Assembly (NCBI GenBank): GCA_963726325.1
Contig: CAVSCA010000004.1
Coordinates: 8,466-72,465, forward strand
Direction: 5' to 3'
DNA: 64,000 bases
From: an uncultured Actinomycetes bacterium
GTDB taxonomy: Bacteria; Actinomycetota; Coriobacteriia; Anaerosomatales; PHET01
A program made the position numbers and the translations under genes. Positions 11,556 to 21,502 of this stretch are shown here, piece by piece (position 1 is the stretch's first letter; every line of letters starts with the position of its first letter). The notes beneath the pieces are model-generated. The model did not search any database. It was not told where the DNA came from and saw nothing but the letters and a program-made list of their open reading frames with translations.

Positions 11556-12951
11556 GCGCCGGTCCTCCAGTCGATCACTCGCTCGAGCACGCGCTCGCTC
11601 GCGTGCCCGTCGTCCATCGGATTGAATCTCTCGCGGAAGCGATGGTAGCGCCTCTCGAGGTCGTCGTCTGGCGAGTCCGCAGCGGCCAGCGCGCCGACGA
11701 GCCCCGGCTGGTCGGTCACGATAGGCCCGGGGAGGTCGGGCAGATCGACGTAGAAGCCGCGCATCTCCGAGGCGTAGTAGTCCAGATCGTACATGTAGAA
11801 CACGATCGGCTTGCCGAGGTTCGCGAAGTCGAAGAACACGCTCGAGTAGTCGGTCACGAGCACGTCGCTCGCAGCGTAGAGGTCGTTGACGTCGCTCACA
11901 TCCGAGACGTCGAGCACGAACCCGCCCAGCCGCTCGAAGTCGAACTGGCTCGCGATCAGGTAGTGCGCGCGGAACAGCACCACGTACCCGTCGCCCAGCT
12001 GGGCACGGAGGGCTTCGAAGTCGACGCCGAGGTCGAGCGTGTAGCCGAGCGACGTGGCGTACTGGTCGTCGCGCCAGGTCGGGGCGTAGAGCACCACCTT
12101 CTTGGCGGCGGGCATGCCCAGACGCCGCTTGATCGCCTCGACGGCCTGTGGGGTGAAGCCTGAGAGCGCGTCGTTTCTGGGGTAGCCGACCTCGACGACC
12201 TTGCGCGCGCACTGCTCTGCCGAGAGCCCCATCGCCGAGCAGAGGTGCTCCGTCGCGAACGCCGAGGGCGTGACGAGGTGTGTGATCCGCTCGCCCTCTC
12301 GGCGGTAGCGCTTGTGCGTCTGGCGGCCCGAGTACAGCGCGTTGTTCGCCATGGTGAGGTCGATGTCGCACCCGAGCTTCTTGAGCGGCGTGCCGTGCCA
12401 GGCCTGGACATACGCCTGGCCGGGGCGAGGTGCCAGGTGCCACGGGATGACGGTGTTCGCGAACCAGTACGCGCACCTGGCGTGGGCGATGTCGTGCTCG
12501 CGCGAACCCCACACGACACCGTCGCCCGCCGCAGCGCTTCGAGCGCCTCGGGGCCGAACGCGGCGTCCAGGTCGATGTCGCTTGCTGCGGCAGCATCCGC
12601 AGGGCCCTCGGGGAGGCCGCGTACCGTGTGGCCCCGCTCTCGAAGCGCTCGGGCGATGGGCTCGCGGAACACCCAGACGAGCTCGAAGTCGTCGAACCGG
12701 CTGTCGGCGAGCATCCGCTCGTAGATCGCCCGGGGGCTGCACGAGTAGCTTCTGCCCGAGTAGCTCTTGAACAGCGCCGAGCGCGGCTCGAGCGGGTGGG
12801 CTCGCTGGATGCGGCGATAGCGCGTGCGCCGCGCGGCGGTCACAGTCTCGCGCGCGGTCCCGATGACGAAGGGCATGCGACGGCCGACCGCCGTCACAGC
12901 CTGCCGGGCGCGGCCGGTCGCAGCTGCCCGCTGGTCGGACTCCGGGGTCAC
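11552..12951 (-). CDS. CDP-glycerol glycerophosphotransferase family protein (TagF-like, gene B, copy 1; frameshift near 12520)
   Basis: SYSGRSYSCSP, QAWHGTPLKKLG, GYPRND, LYAPTWR, TDYSSVFFDF. Confidence 0.88.
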
Positions 12952-13453
12952 GACGCACCACCCGGCATGCGGCCGGTGACGGCGGCGGCGATCTGTCGCG
13001 TGCACGACCCGTCTCGCACCGAGACGTATCGCTCCGCGAGTCTGCGAACGAGCTCCGGGTCGTAGCCGCCGGCATCGATCGCTCGGCGATGGGACTCAGG
13101 TCGCGGGAGGTGACGCCGGGCATCTCGGCGAACAGGTCGACGTTCAGGCCGTGCTCGCGCTCGTACTCCTCGAAGTCGTACAGGAAGAAGTAGATCGGCT
13201 TGTCCAGCACCGCCGCCTCGAAGGCCACAGCCGAGTAGTCGGTGATGACCGCGTCGCAGAGCGGGAGCAGGTCGAGCACGTCCACGCCGCTCGCGTTGAC
13301 GACGTTCTCGCCCGCGACGTTCGACTCGACCAGCGGGTGAGGCTTGATGACGAGCGCGTAGCGCGGGTCGTCGAAGCGATCCAGCACGTCTTGGTAGCGG
13401 TCGGGCCGGTTGCGCCGGTACGTGGGCGCGTAGAGCACCGTGGTGCGGGAGGG
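12948..13453 (-). pseudogene. Duplicated 3' half of the TagB-like gene, fused to the upstream TagF-like gene A copy
   Basis: Near-identical to 16162-16669; lacks the N-terminal half. Confidence 0.75.
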
Positions 13454-13469
13454 AGACGCGAGCAGGAAG

Positions 13470-14772
13470 CGTTCGCTGGCGTGCCATCGTACGGTGCGCG
13501 AAGCGCTCACCGAATCGGTCGTAGCGTTCCGGAGTTCGGCCGACGGCGTCTCGGCCGAGCGTACGGCGGCGACGAGTTCGGCTTCGGTTCGAGCGACCGG
13601 TCCGGGCAGCTCTTCGAGTCCGAAGTAGAAGCCCCTGATGTCGCGGACGTACTCGTCGAGGTCGTACATGTAGAAGATTATGGGGCGCTGCAGGATCGCG
13701 TAGTCGAAGAACACGCTCGAGTAGTCGGTCACGAGCATGTCGCTCGCGATGTAGAGGTCGTTGATGTTGCTCACGTCCGAGACGTTGGTGATGAAGCCGG
13801 CGTAGCGCTCGAAGTCGAACTCGTTGGCAACGAAGTAGTGCGCCCGGAACAGGATCACGTACTCGTCTCCAAGCTCGCTTCGCAGTCGATCGAAGTCGAT
13901 CGGCAACTGCAGCGTGTAGCCGACACCGCTCACGTGCTGGTTGTCGCGCCAGGTGGGCGCGTAAAGGATCACCTTCTTGCCCTCGGGCACGCCGAGCTCG
14001 GACCGGATGCGAGCGACGTCGTCCGCCGAGTAGTGGAACAGCCCGTCGTTTCGCGGGTAGCCCTCCTCGACGAGCTTCGCGTCGGCGTCCGCTGCCGAGA
14101 AGCCGAACGCCGAGGTGAACTTCTCGGTGGTGAATCCAGACGGCGAGAGCAGGTAGGTGAGGCGCTCGCCCTCTCGCGTGTAGCGCCGGGTGATCTCGTC
14201 AGCGGTGTACTTCGCGTTGCTCGACGACTCCTCGGCGATGTCGCAGCCCAGCCGCTTGAACGGCGTTCCGTGCCACGTCTGGATGTAGACCTGGTTCTCC
14301 GCGCGGCTCCAGATGAGCGGGGATCACCGAGTTCGATACCCAGTACTTCGCGCGGGCGTGGGCGGCGTAGTAGGGGGGGTCGCCGTACCTGACGAGCTCC
14401 GCGCGCTCGAGTTCCGGATAGGCGCGGAACTTCTCGGGCTCCTTGAACGCCCAGACGATCTTGAAGTCGTCGAAGCGGGGGTCGGCTATGAGCGCCTGAT
14501 GCAGGGCCATGGGGCTGTCCGAGTAGCTGCGGCCCATGAACGACTCGAACATGATGGTCTTGGGCTCGACCGGGTGCTTGCGGCAGTGGCGCGCGTACTC
14601 GAAGCTGCGCTTGCGAGCGAGCAGCCAGCGCGACATCCGGCGAAACGTCAGGTTGCGCTTCGCCAGAGCCGTGACGCCGCGCTTCAGCTGGCGGACGCCC
14701 TCGTCCACGACGCCGCTCGCCGATGAGGGCGCGGCTCGCCCGATCGTCCTTGCTGCCTTTCGGTTCGGTCAC
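13470..14772 (-). CDS. TagF-like gene A, second copy (frameshifted; 3' end joined to the TagB fragment)
   Basis: Near-identical to 10252-11555. Confidence 0.8.
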
Positions 14773-16165
14773 GCGCCGGTCCTCCAGTCGATCACTCGCT
14801 CGAGCACGCGCTCGCTGGCGTGCCCGTCGTCCATCGGATTGAATCGCTCGCGGAAGCGATGGTAGCGCCTCTTGAGATCGTCGTCTGGCGAGTCAGCCGC
14901 CACAAGCGCGCCGACGAGCCCCTGCTGGTCGGTCACGACCGGTCCGGGGAGGTCGGGCAGATCGACGTAGAAGCCGCGCATCTCCGATGCGTAGTAGTCC
15001 AGATCGTACATGTAGAACACGATCGGCTTGCCGAGATTCGCGAAGTCGAAGAACACGCTGGAGTAGTCGGTAACGAGCATGTCGCTCGCAGCGTAGAGGT
15101 CGTTGACGTCGCTCACATCAGAGACGTCGAGCACGAACCCGCCCAGCCGCTCGAAGTCGAACTGGCTCGCGATCAAGTAGTGAGCACGGAACAGCACCAC
15201 GTAGCCGTCGCCAAGCTGGGCACGGAGCGCCTCGAAGTCGACGCCGAGGTCGAGCGTGTAGCCGAGCGACGTGGCGTACTGGTCGTCGCGCCAGGTCGGG
15301 GCGTAGAGCACCACCTTCTTGTCGGCCGGTATACGCAAGCGCCGTCTTCACCGCGTCGACCGTCTCGGGGGTAAGGCCCGAGAGCGCGTCGTTTCGGGGG
15401 TAGCCGACCTCGACCACCTTGCGCGCGCACTGCTCTGCCGAGAGCCCCATCGCCGAGCAGAGGTGCTCCGTCGCGAACGCCGAGGGCGTGACCAGGTGCG
15501 TGATCCGCTCGCCCTCGCGGCGGTAGCGCTTGTGCGTCTGGCGGCCCGAGTACAGCGCGTTGTTCGCCATGCTGAGGTCGATGTCGCACCCAAGGCGCTT
15601 GAGCGGCGTGCCATGCCAGGCTTGGACGTACGCCTGGCCGGGGCGAGGTGCCAGGTGCCACGGGATGACGGTGTTCGCGAACCAGTACGCGCATCTGGCG
15701 TGGGCGATGTCGTGCTCGCGCGAACCCCACACGACAATCGTCGCCCGCTGGAGCGCCTCGAGCGCCTCGGGGCCGAACGCTGCGTCGAGGTCGATGCCGC
15801 CTGCAGCGGCGGCGCTGCCCTCGGGGAGGCCGCGAACGGTGTAGCCTCGCTCGCGAAGCGCTCGGGCGATGGGCTCGCGAAACACCCAGACGAGCTCGAA
15901 GTCGTCGAACCGGCTGTCGGCGAGCATCCGCTCGTAGATCGCCCGGGGGCTGCACGAGTAGCTCCTGCCCGAGTAGCTCTTGAACAGCGCCGAGCGCGGC
16001 TCGAGCGGGTGGGCTCGCTGGATGCGGCGATAGCGCGTGCGTCGCGCGGCGGTCACCGTCTCACGCGCGGTCCCGATGACGAAGGGCATGCGGCGGCCGA
16101 CCGCCGTCACAGCTTGCCGGGCGCGGCCTGTCGCGGCTGCTCGCGGGTTGGACTCCCGGGGTCAC
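14769..16165 (-). CDS. TagF-like gene B, second copy (frameshift near 15340)
   Basis: Near-identical to 11552-12951. Confidence 0.82.
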
Positions 16166-17287
16166 GACGCACCGCCCGGCTGGCCGCCGGTGACGGCGGC
16201 GGCGATCTGTCGCGTGCACGAGCCGTCTCGCACCGAGACGTATCGCTCCGCGAGCCTGCGAACGAGTTCCGGGTCGTAGTCGCCGGCATCGATCCGATCG
16301 GCGATGGGACCAAGGTCGCGGGAGGTGACCCCGGGCATCTCGGCGAACAGGTCGACGTTCAGGCCGTGCTCGCGCTCGTACTCCTCGAAGTCGTAGAGGA
16401 AGAAGTAGATCGGCTTGTCCAGCACCGCCGCCTCGAAGGCCACAGCCGAGTAGTCGGTGATGACCGCGTCGCAGAGGGGAAGCAGGTCGAGCACGTCCAC
16501 GCCGCTCGCGTTGACGACGTTCTCGCCCGTGACGTTCGACTCGACAAGCGGGTGAGGCTTGATGACGAGCGCATAGCGCGGGTCGTCGAAGCGATCCAGC
16601 ACGTCTTGGTAGCGGTCGGGCCGGTGGCGCCGGTACGTGGGCGCGTAGAGCACGGTGGTGCGCGAGGGGTCGGCCAGCAGGGGGAAGCGCTCGCGAAGGC
16701 TGCTCGGCGGCGTCCTCGGCACCGGCGAGCAGGTAGTCGACGCGCGGAAGGCCGAGCGGCACCACGCGGGCAGGATCGGAGCCGAACGCCTCGGCGAACG
16801 CCGGCACGGCCGCCGGTCCGCCGCAGATCACCACGTCGTAGTTCCGGTGCATCTTCATGGCGTCGGCGACCGAGCTGTCGCGCCCGCCGGGCAGCCCCAC
16901 CGCCTGCAGGCCGAACTTCTTGATCGCGCCCAGCGCATGCCACATCTGCACGATTCGGAGGCCGTCGCGGTGGGTGAGAACGCTCACCGGGACGATGTAG
17001 CCGTCGACGACGCACGCCGAGGCCGTCGCCAGGTGGTACATCTGAGCCAGCACTTCACCCAGATAGGCGATGCGCGCGCCGAGTCCGGGTTCGATGAAGC
17101 GGCAGCGGACGACCACCTCGAGCGATGGGTCCGCTCGGGAGAGTTCCTCGGCGAGCATCGTGAAGTCGACCGACGGGCGATCCGACTGCCTGCTCAGCAT
17201 CACGACCTTGTGCCGTCGCGGCAGCAGCTTCATGAGCGCGTACAGCGCCTGAGCGAGCCATATGGCCGGGACTGTCAGAACGCGCAT
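16162..17287 (-). CDS. CDP-glycerol glycerophosphotransferase family protein (TagB-like; frameshift near 16700)
   Basis: VQMWHALGAIKKFG, LGLPRVD, LYAPTYR, IKPHP, ITDYSAVAFEA. Confidence 0.85.
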
Positions 17288-17341
17288 GTGCCAGGTACCT
17301 CGCGCTTGGCGTGTTACGGGAGTCGGGGCGTGTTGCCGCGC

Positions 17342-18242
17342 TCAATGATAGCGTCTGGTTCGCGACGAGACGTCATCGTTACCGGGCGGTACGCCACCAC
17401 CCGCGTGATCGCGCACGAAGAACTCCACCTCGCCGCGGGCCAGCAGATCGCCGAGAAACCCCTTCACGGTGGTGACCGCGAGCCAGTACTGCGCGGGATT
17501 GTCGGAGAGCCCGCGACGCTCGGACACGAGCGCGATCGCCTCCTCGGTGGTCCGCTCCTGCACGAGCGAGTCGACGATGAACTGCTGGATCTCGCGAACC
17601 TGCGCCCAGGTGGAAGTCGATGTGGTCGCTCGGCCTGTTCCCGGTCGCATGCGACACCGTGACCGGGCACCAGCCAGTCGAACTCCGACGCTCCGTATCT
17701 GGTCGAGCGAGTCGACCACGAGCGTCGGGTCTATCGCATAGGGCAGCCGGTGGCGCTCCCAGATCTGCTCTTGGTACAGCGCGTCGCCGGTGAAGAGCAC
17801 CCGGTCGTGAGTGAGGAAGCCGTGGTGGCCCATGGTGTGGCCGGGCAGCGGTACCGGAGTGGCTCGCGGGTCCTCCCAGGTCTCGATGAGGCTGTCGACC
17901 GGGCACGGGAGCGCCCATGAACAGCTTGCTCACGAGAATGTCGCTAGGGCGCGCCCACGAGAACATCCCGCGGATGTTGACCTCGGGGTTCTCGACAAGC
18001 CGCGCGTCGTCTCGCGCTGCAACGACCCGCGCTCCGCTGGTGTGCCGCACATCGGCCCCGGCGGCGAAGTGGTCCGCATGACCGTGCGTGATCGCGAGCG
18101 TGTCGATGCACACGTCGGCGTAGGGCTCTGCTTCCGGGCCGGTGTCGATCAGCAGGCCATCAACGAAGCCCGAGTTGGTGAGTCCGGGGAGGTACCAGGT
18201 GTCGCCGGCGAGGTGTTTGGCATGCGCCGGGCGCGTGCTCAC
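17342..18242 (-). CDS. MBL-fold metallo-hydrolase (frameshifted)
   Basis: LLIDTGP, ITHGHADHFAA, LPGHTMGH, LFTGDAL, VPGHG. Confidence 0.85.
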
Positions 18243-18423
18243 CGGCGGCCTCGGCTCGGGGGAAGATAGTGCGGGCTTCTGCGTGCCACGGTCACAGATC
18301 GTCCTTTCGTCGATTCGTGCTGCAACATGGTACTCCTCGGCACGCCACTCGCTTCGGTGTCCGACAAGGGCACACGCCCAGGGCGCAATCCGGCGTACCG
18401 CAGACTTAGGAGGTGATCCGGCG

Positions 18424-18492
18424 TTGAGTAGCAAACACATCGCAGCGCTGGTCCTGTCCACCACGAGTCCTGCGGAGGCCATGACCTTCTAG
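18424..18492 (+). CDS. Putative 22-aa small peptide MSSKHIAALVLSTTSPAEAMTF
   Basis: TTG start preceded by a near-perfect extended SD, TTAGGAGGTGATC (18406-18418); followed by strong hairpins. Confidence 0.4.
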   Translation: MSSKHIAALVLSTTSPAEAMTF

Positions 18493-18571
18493 CAGCGACA
18501 GCGTTGCCGATCCCTTCGCTCACACCGGCAACGGACACACATGTGCAACCTGTCGCTGTCTGCAGCGATGA

Positions 18572-18605
18572 GGAGAGGGTCGTCGAGAGATCGGCGGCCC
18601 TCTCC
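18572..18605 (+). terminator. GC-rich hairpin with GAGA loop (possible terminator of the small + strand transcript)
   Basis: GGAGAGGGTCGTCGA-GAGA-TCGGCGGCCCTCTCC; the U.G wobbles pair only on the + strand. Confidence 0.55.
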
Positions 18606-18647
18606 GCGTCCGCGGCGAGACGTACGATGCGAAGCCAGGCGAACAGA

Positions 18648-18675
18648 GAAGGGCGGCCCCACCCGGCCGCCCTTC
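18648..18675 (-). terminator. Intrinsic terminator downstream of the radical SAM gene
   Basis: Perfect 11-bp inverted repeat GAAGGGCGGCC/GGCCGCCCTTC, followed by TCTGTTC on the - strand. Confidence 0.65.
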
Positions 18676-18703
18676 AAGCTGAGTATGTGTCTGAAGGCCG
18701 AAG

Positions 18704-19909
18704 CTAGCCGCAGGCTCCCGGTGCAACACACGGCGCGGCCGCTGAGAGCGGCGTGCGCTCGTAGTTCGCGTCGCCCGGCTCGTCTCCGTTGCCGTCGGCC
18801 AGCCGCTTGAGCAGGCAGGTGTCGTCCTCGAACATGGCGTCGCCGGTCGCCTGCCACGCCTTGGTGCGGCAGCCGCGGCAGATGCGCGAGTACTCGCAGT
18901 TCTCGGGAGCGCAGATGCCCTTGGCCTCTTGGGCGTCGAGCTTGTAGAGCTCCTGGGTCGCCTCGGTGAGCGTCATGTCGCGGATGTTGCCCACGGTCCA
19001 GTCCTGCGCGAACTGGCACGGCATGATGCCGCCCTCGGAGTTGATGTTCATGTGGCCCTTGCCCACCGGGCATGCGCTGACGAGCTCGAGGCGCGCGAGG
19101 CCGTTGCTGATATCGACGCCCTCGGCCTTGAGCTTCTCGGCGAGGTAGGGGATGACCGAGGGGATCGCGCCGATGTCGTACTCGGTGTTCGAGGCGGGGT
19201 CGAGCAGGTCGCCGAGGATCCAATCGGCGAGCTCCTGCCACTGCTTCGCGCTGACGCGCGCGTCCTCTTCGCCCTCGCTGCGCCCGCTCGTGATCAGGTC
19301 GCACAGGTACACGAGGCGCGCGTCGAGCTCCTTGGCCTTGGCGATGATGTGCGGGATGAACTGCAGCGTGTCCTTGGTGACCGCGGTCTTGAGGGCGACG
19401 CCCACGCCCTCCTCGCGCAGGATCTTGATGGCGCTCGATGACCGTCGCGTGGGTGCCGGGAACGCCGACCATCTGCGTCGTGGAAGTGAGGCGGGCCGTA
19501 CAGCGAGGTCGCGATCCAGTCGACGCCGTTCGGCCTTGAGGCGCTTGGCGGCATCGCGGTCGATGATCGTCGCGTTGGTCGACACGGTGATGTGCATGCC
19601 GTAGCCGTGCGCCTTCTCGAGGATGTCCCAGAAGTTCTTGCGCATCATCGGTTCGCCGCCGGACAGGAAGACGAGCGGCACGCCGAGCTCGCCCATCTGG
19701 TCGACGAGCGCGATCGTCTCTTCGTCGCTCAGCTGGTCGGGCAGCGCGTGTCCGTCTGCCGACATGTAGCAGTGATCGCACAGCAGGTTACAGCGGTTTG
19801 TGATGTTCCAGATGATGTCGCTGGGCCGGCCGAGCGAGTACGCCTTGAGTGCCTTGTTCTCGACCTCGGACAGTGGGCCGTCGAAGAAGAGCGAGCGAAC
19901 GTGCGCCAT
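18704..19909 (-). CDS. Radical SAM/SPASM protein, NirJ/AhbC/AhbD-like (alternative heme biosynthesis candidate)
   Basis: IIWNITNRCNLLCDHCY, LSGGEP, SPASM cysteines CPVG...MPC...C..C...CRGCR...C; local compensating frameshifts. Confidence 0.8.
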   Translation of the reverse strand: MAHVRSLFFDGPLSEVENKALKAYSLGRPSDIIWNITNRCNLLCDHCYMSADGHALPDQLSDEETIALVDQMGELGVPLVFLSGGEPMMRKNFWDILEKAHGYGMHITVSTNATIIDRDAAKRLKAERRRLDRDLAVRPASLPRRRWSAFPAPTRRSSSAIKILREEGVGVALKTAVTKDTLQFIPHIIAKAKELDARLVYLCDLITSGRSEGEEDARVSAKQWQELADWILGDLLDPASNTEYDIGAIPSVIPYLAEKLKAEGVDISNGLARLELVSACPVGKGHMNINSEGGIMPCQFAQDWTVGNIRDMTLTEATQELYKLDAQEAKGICAPENCEYSRICRGCRTKAWQATGDAMFEDDTCLLKRLADGNGDEPGDANYERTPLSAAAPCVAPGACG

Positions 19910-20000
19910 AAGTGGGTCCTCCTGCTACTTGGCCCCGGATGCCGGCCGAGCGCCTTACCGCAAACCGATTGCACCGGGAGTGTACGCAGAAAGGGTGCCG

Positions 20001-20017
20001 ATGTAACCGAATGTAAC
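20001..20017. promoter_or_regulatory. ATGTAAC direct repeat (10-bp period) upstream of the radical SAM gene; possible regulator site
   Basis: ATGTAACCGAATGTAAC, AT-rich in a GC-rich background. Confidence 0.3.
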
Positions 20018-20069
20018 AACTATGACCGTAAGGGCCCGCCAGCGGTGGCGCGCTGCCTGCGACCTGGCG

Positions 20070-20457
20070 CTAGCGGTTCATCCACGTGATGCTGAGCTGA
20101 AGCGTGCTGGCGGTGGCCACCCACACGAGGTACGGCACCAGCGCGAGCGTTGCCCAACGCGAGTACGGCCAGATGGCGACCATCGACCACACGATCGTGC
20201 CCAGCACGATCAGGATGTCCACGCTCGCGAGCGGCAGGTTCTGCAGCCCGAACTGGATGGGCGTGAACGCGAAGTTCGCCGCGAGGTTGATCGACGATCG
20301 GAACGGCGACAGCCCACGGGATCTCACCGCGCACGATCCGAAACAGCACGTAGCCGTACGCGACGAAGATGATGGGGTAGAGCACCGTCCAGACGGTGCC
20401 GATGAAGCCGGGCGGCGGCGTCCAGGAGGGTTTGGCCAGACTGTCGTACCAGGACAC
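20070..20457 (-). CDS. tspO: TspO/MBR family protein (frameshifted)
   Basis: WYDSLAKPSWTPP...VWTVLY, LVPYLVWV. Confidence 0.88.
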
Positions 20458-20589
20458 GGGGACTCCTCTCATGCTTGTAGAGGTGTCTGTTCCCGTTGCG
20501 GGAGACCACCTCGCGCAGCAGAGGCGCTCGCGGTGTTCCCGCGGGCGCCTCTTGTGGTGCCGGCGTTGGTGCAGGACTGCGTCACGCGC

Positions 20590-20989
20590 CTACTTCATCT
20601 GCACGATGTTGACGATGTTGCCTTCCGGATCGGTGAACCATGCGCCCCAGCCGTCCGGGTACTCGGCGACTGAGTCGGTCGTCACCAGTCCGGGCATGTC
20701 GTACTCCTCGAAGAGCACCCCGCGGGAGCGAAGCTCGGCCACGGTCGCCTTCACGTCGTCCACCACGAATGAGAGGACGGTGTGCTCGGCGATGGTGCGC
20801 GGGCGCTCGTACACGAGCACCTTGGTTCCCGAGCCGGAGTGGATGAAGAACTGGCGTCCGGACGAGACCTCCGAGACCTCGAGTCCCAGCGTGTCGCGAT
20901 AGAACGTGCGGGCCCTAGTCGAGATCCTCGGCGGGCAGAACGGCATACGCCGGAGCTGTTGTCAGGCGGGTGATAGTTGATGTAGTCAT
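20590..20989 (-). CDS. VOC/glyoxalase family protein (frameshifted near 5' end)
   Basis: RARTFYRDTLGL, LSFVVDD, ELRSRGV, AWFTDPEGN. Confidence 0.85.
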
Positions 20990-21033
20990 CGTGCTCACCT
21001 TCTTCCACTGTGGTCTGTACCCACCTTCGAGGC

Positions 21034-21049
21034 ATACCCGTAGGGGTAT
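21034..21049. promoter_or_regulatory. Palindrome resembling a CsoR/RcnR-family operator
   Basis: ATACCC-GTAG-GGGTAT. Confidence 0.4.
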
Positions 21050-21136
21050 ATGACAAGCGGTTCGCCGGCGTCGTGACGAGTCGCTCCTGCGGTGCGAACG
21101 GCGTCGCTGTGGCGAGCGTCCGGCATCGCGGGTGAT

Positions 21137-21178
21137 TCAAATCCACGTTTGACAGTCAAACAGAGGTTTGATTACAAT
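21137..21178 (+). promoter_or_regulatory. Sigma70 promoter of arsR-hgcAB overlapped by two tandem ArsR-type operators; probably leaderless
   Basis: TTGACA(21149)-N18-TACAAT(21173); TCAAA-N6-TTTGA at 21137-21152 and 21156-21171; ATG 6 nt after the -10. Confidence 0.8.
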
Positions 21179-21184
21179 CGCCGC

Positions 21185-21502
21185 ATGAACACATCTGTCT
21201 TCGAAGCACTGTCCGATGAGAACCGCGCCGCGATCGTGGAGTTGCTGGCCGACGGGGAGCGTTGCGTGTGCGACGTCTCGTCGTCGCTGGGCATCTCGAA
21301 CGCGCTGGCCTCTCACCATCTCAAGAAGCTGCGCGAGGCGGGGCTGGTGGCGACACGGCGCAAGGGCGCGTGGCTGCACTGCCGGCTCGAAGGCGACGCG
21401 CTATCGGCGGCCATCGCCGAGCTGCAGGATCTGGCGGAGCGAGGCGCTTCGGTTCAGGCGGCAGGCGTCGCCTGCTGCGGGAAGGACGACTCGGATGACT
21501 GA
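21185..21502 (+). CDS. arsR: ArsR/SmtB family metal-sensing repressor
   Basis: FEALSDENR, GERCVCD, SHHLKKLREAGLV, C-terminal CC. Confidence 0.92.
   Translation: MNTSVFEALSDENRAAIVELLADGERCVCDVSSSLGISNALASHHLKKLREAGLVATRRKGAWLHCRLEGDALSAAIAELQDLAERGASVQAAGVACCGKDDSDD

Larger units (their letters stand above)
10252..16669. repeat. Tandem direct duplication of ~3.2 kb (10252-13453 vs 13470-16669)
   Basis: Visual alignment: highly similar, with scattered substitutions and small indels. Confidence 0.92.

Noticed and set aside
11552..13990. 812-aa triple glycerophosphotransferase fusion in the ORF track
   Set aside because: Produced by the duplication junction plus indels
18704..19909. Radical SAM/SPASM as a RiPP maturase
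   Set aside because: Sequence style (WNITNRCNL.C.HCY) fits NirJ/Ahb-like enzymes; no co-oriented precursor or transporter; kept only as a minor possibility
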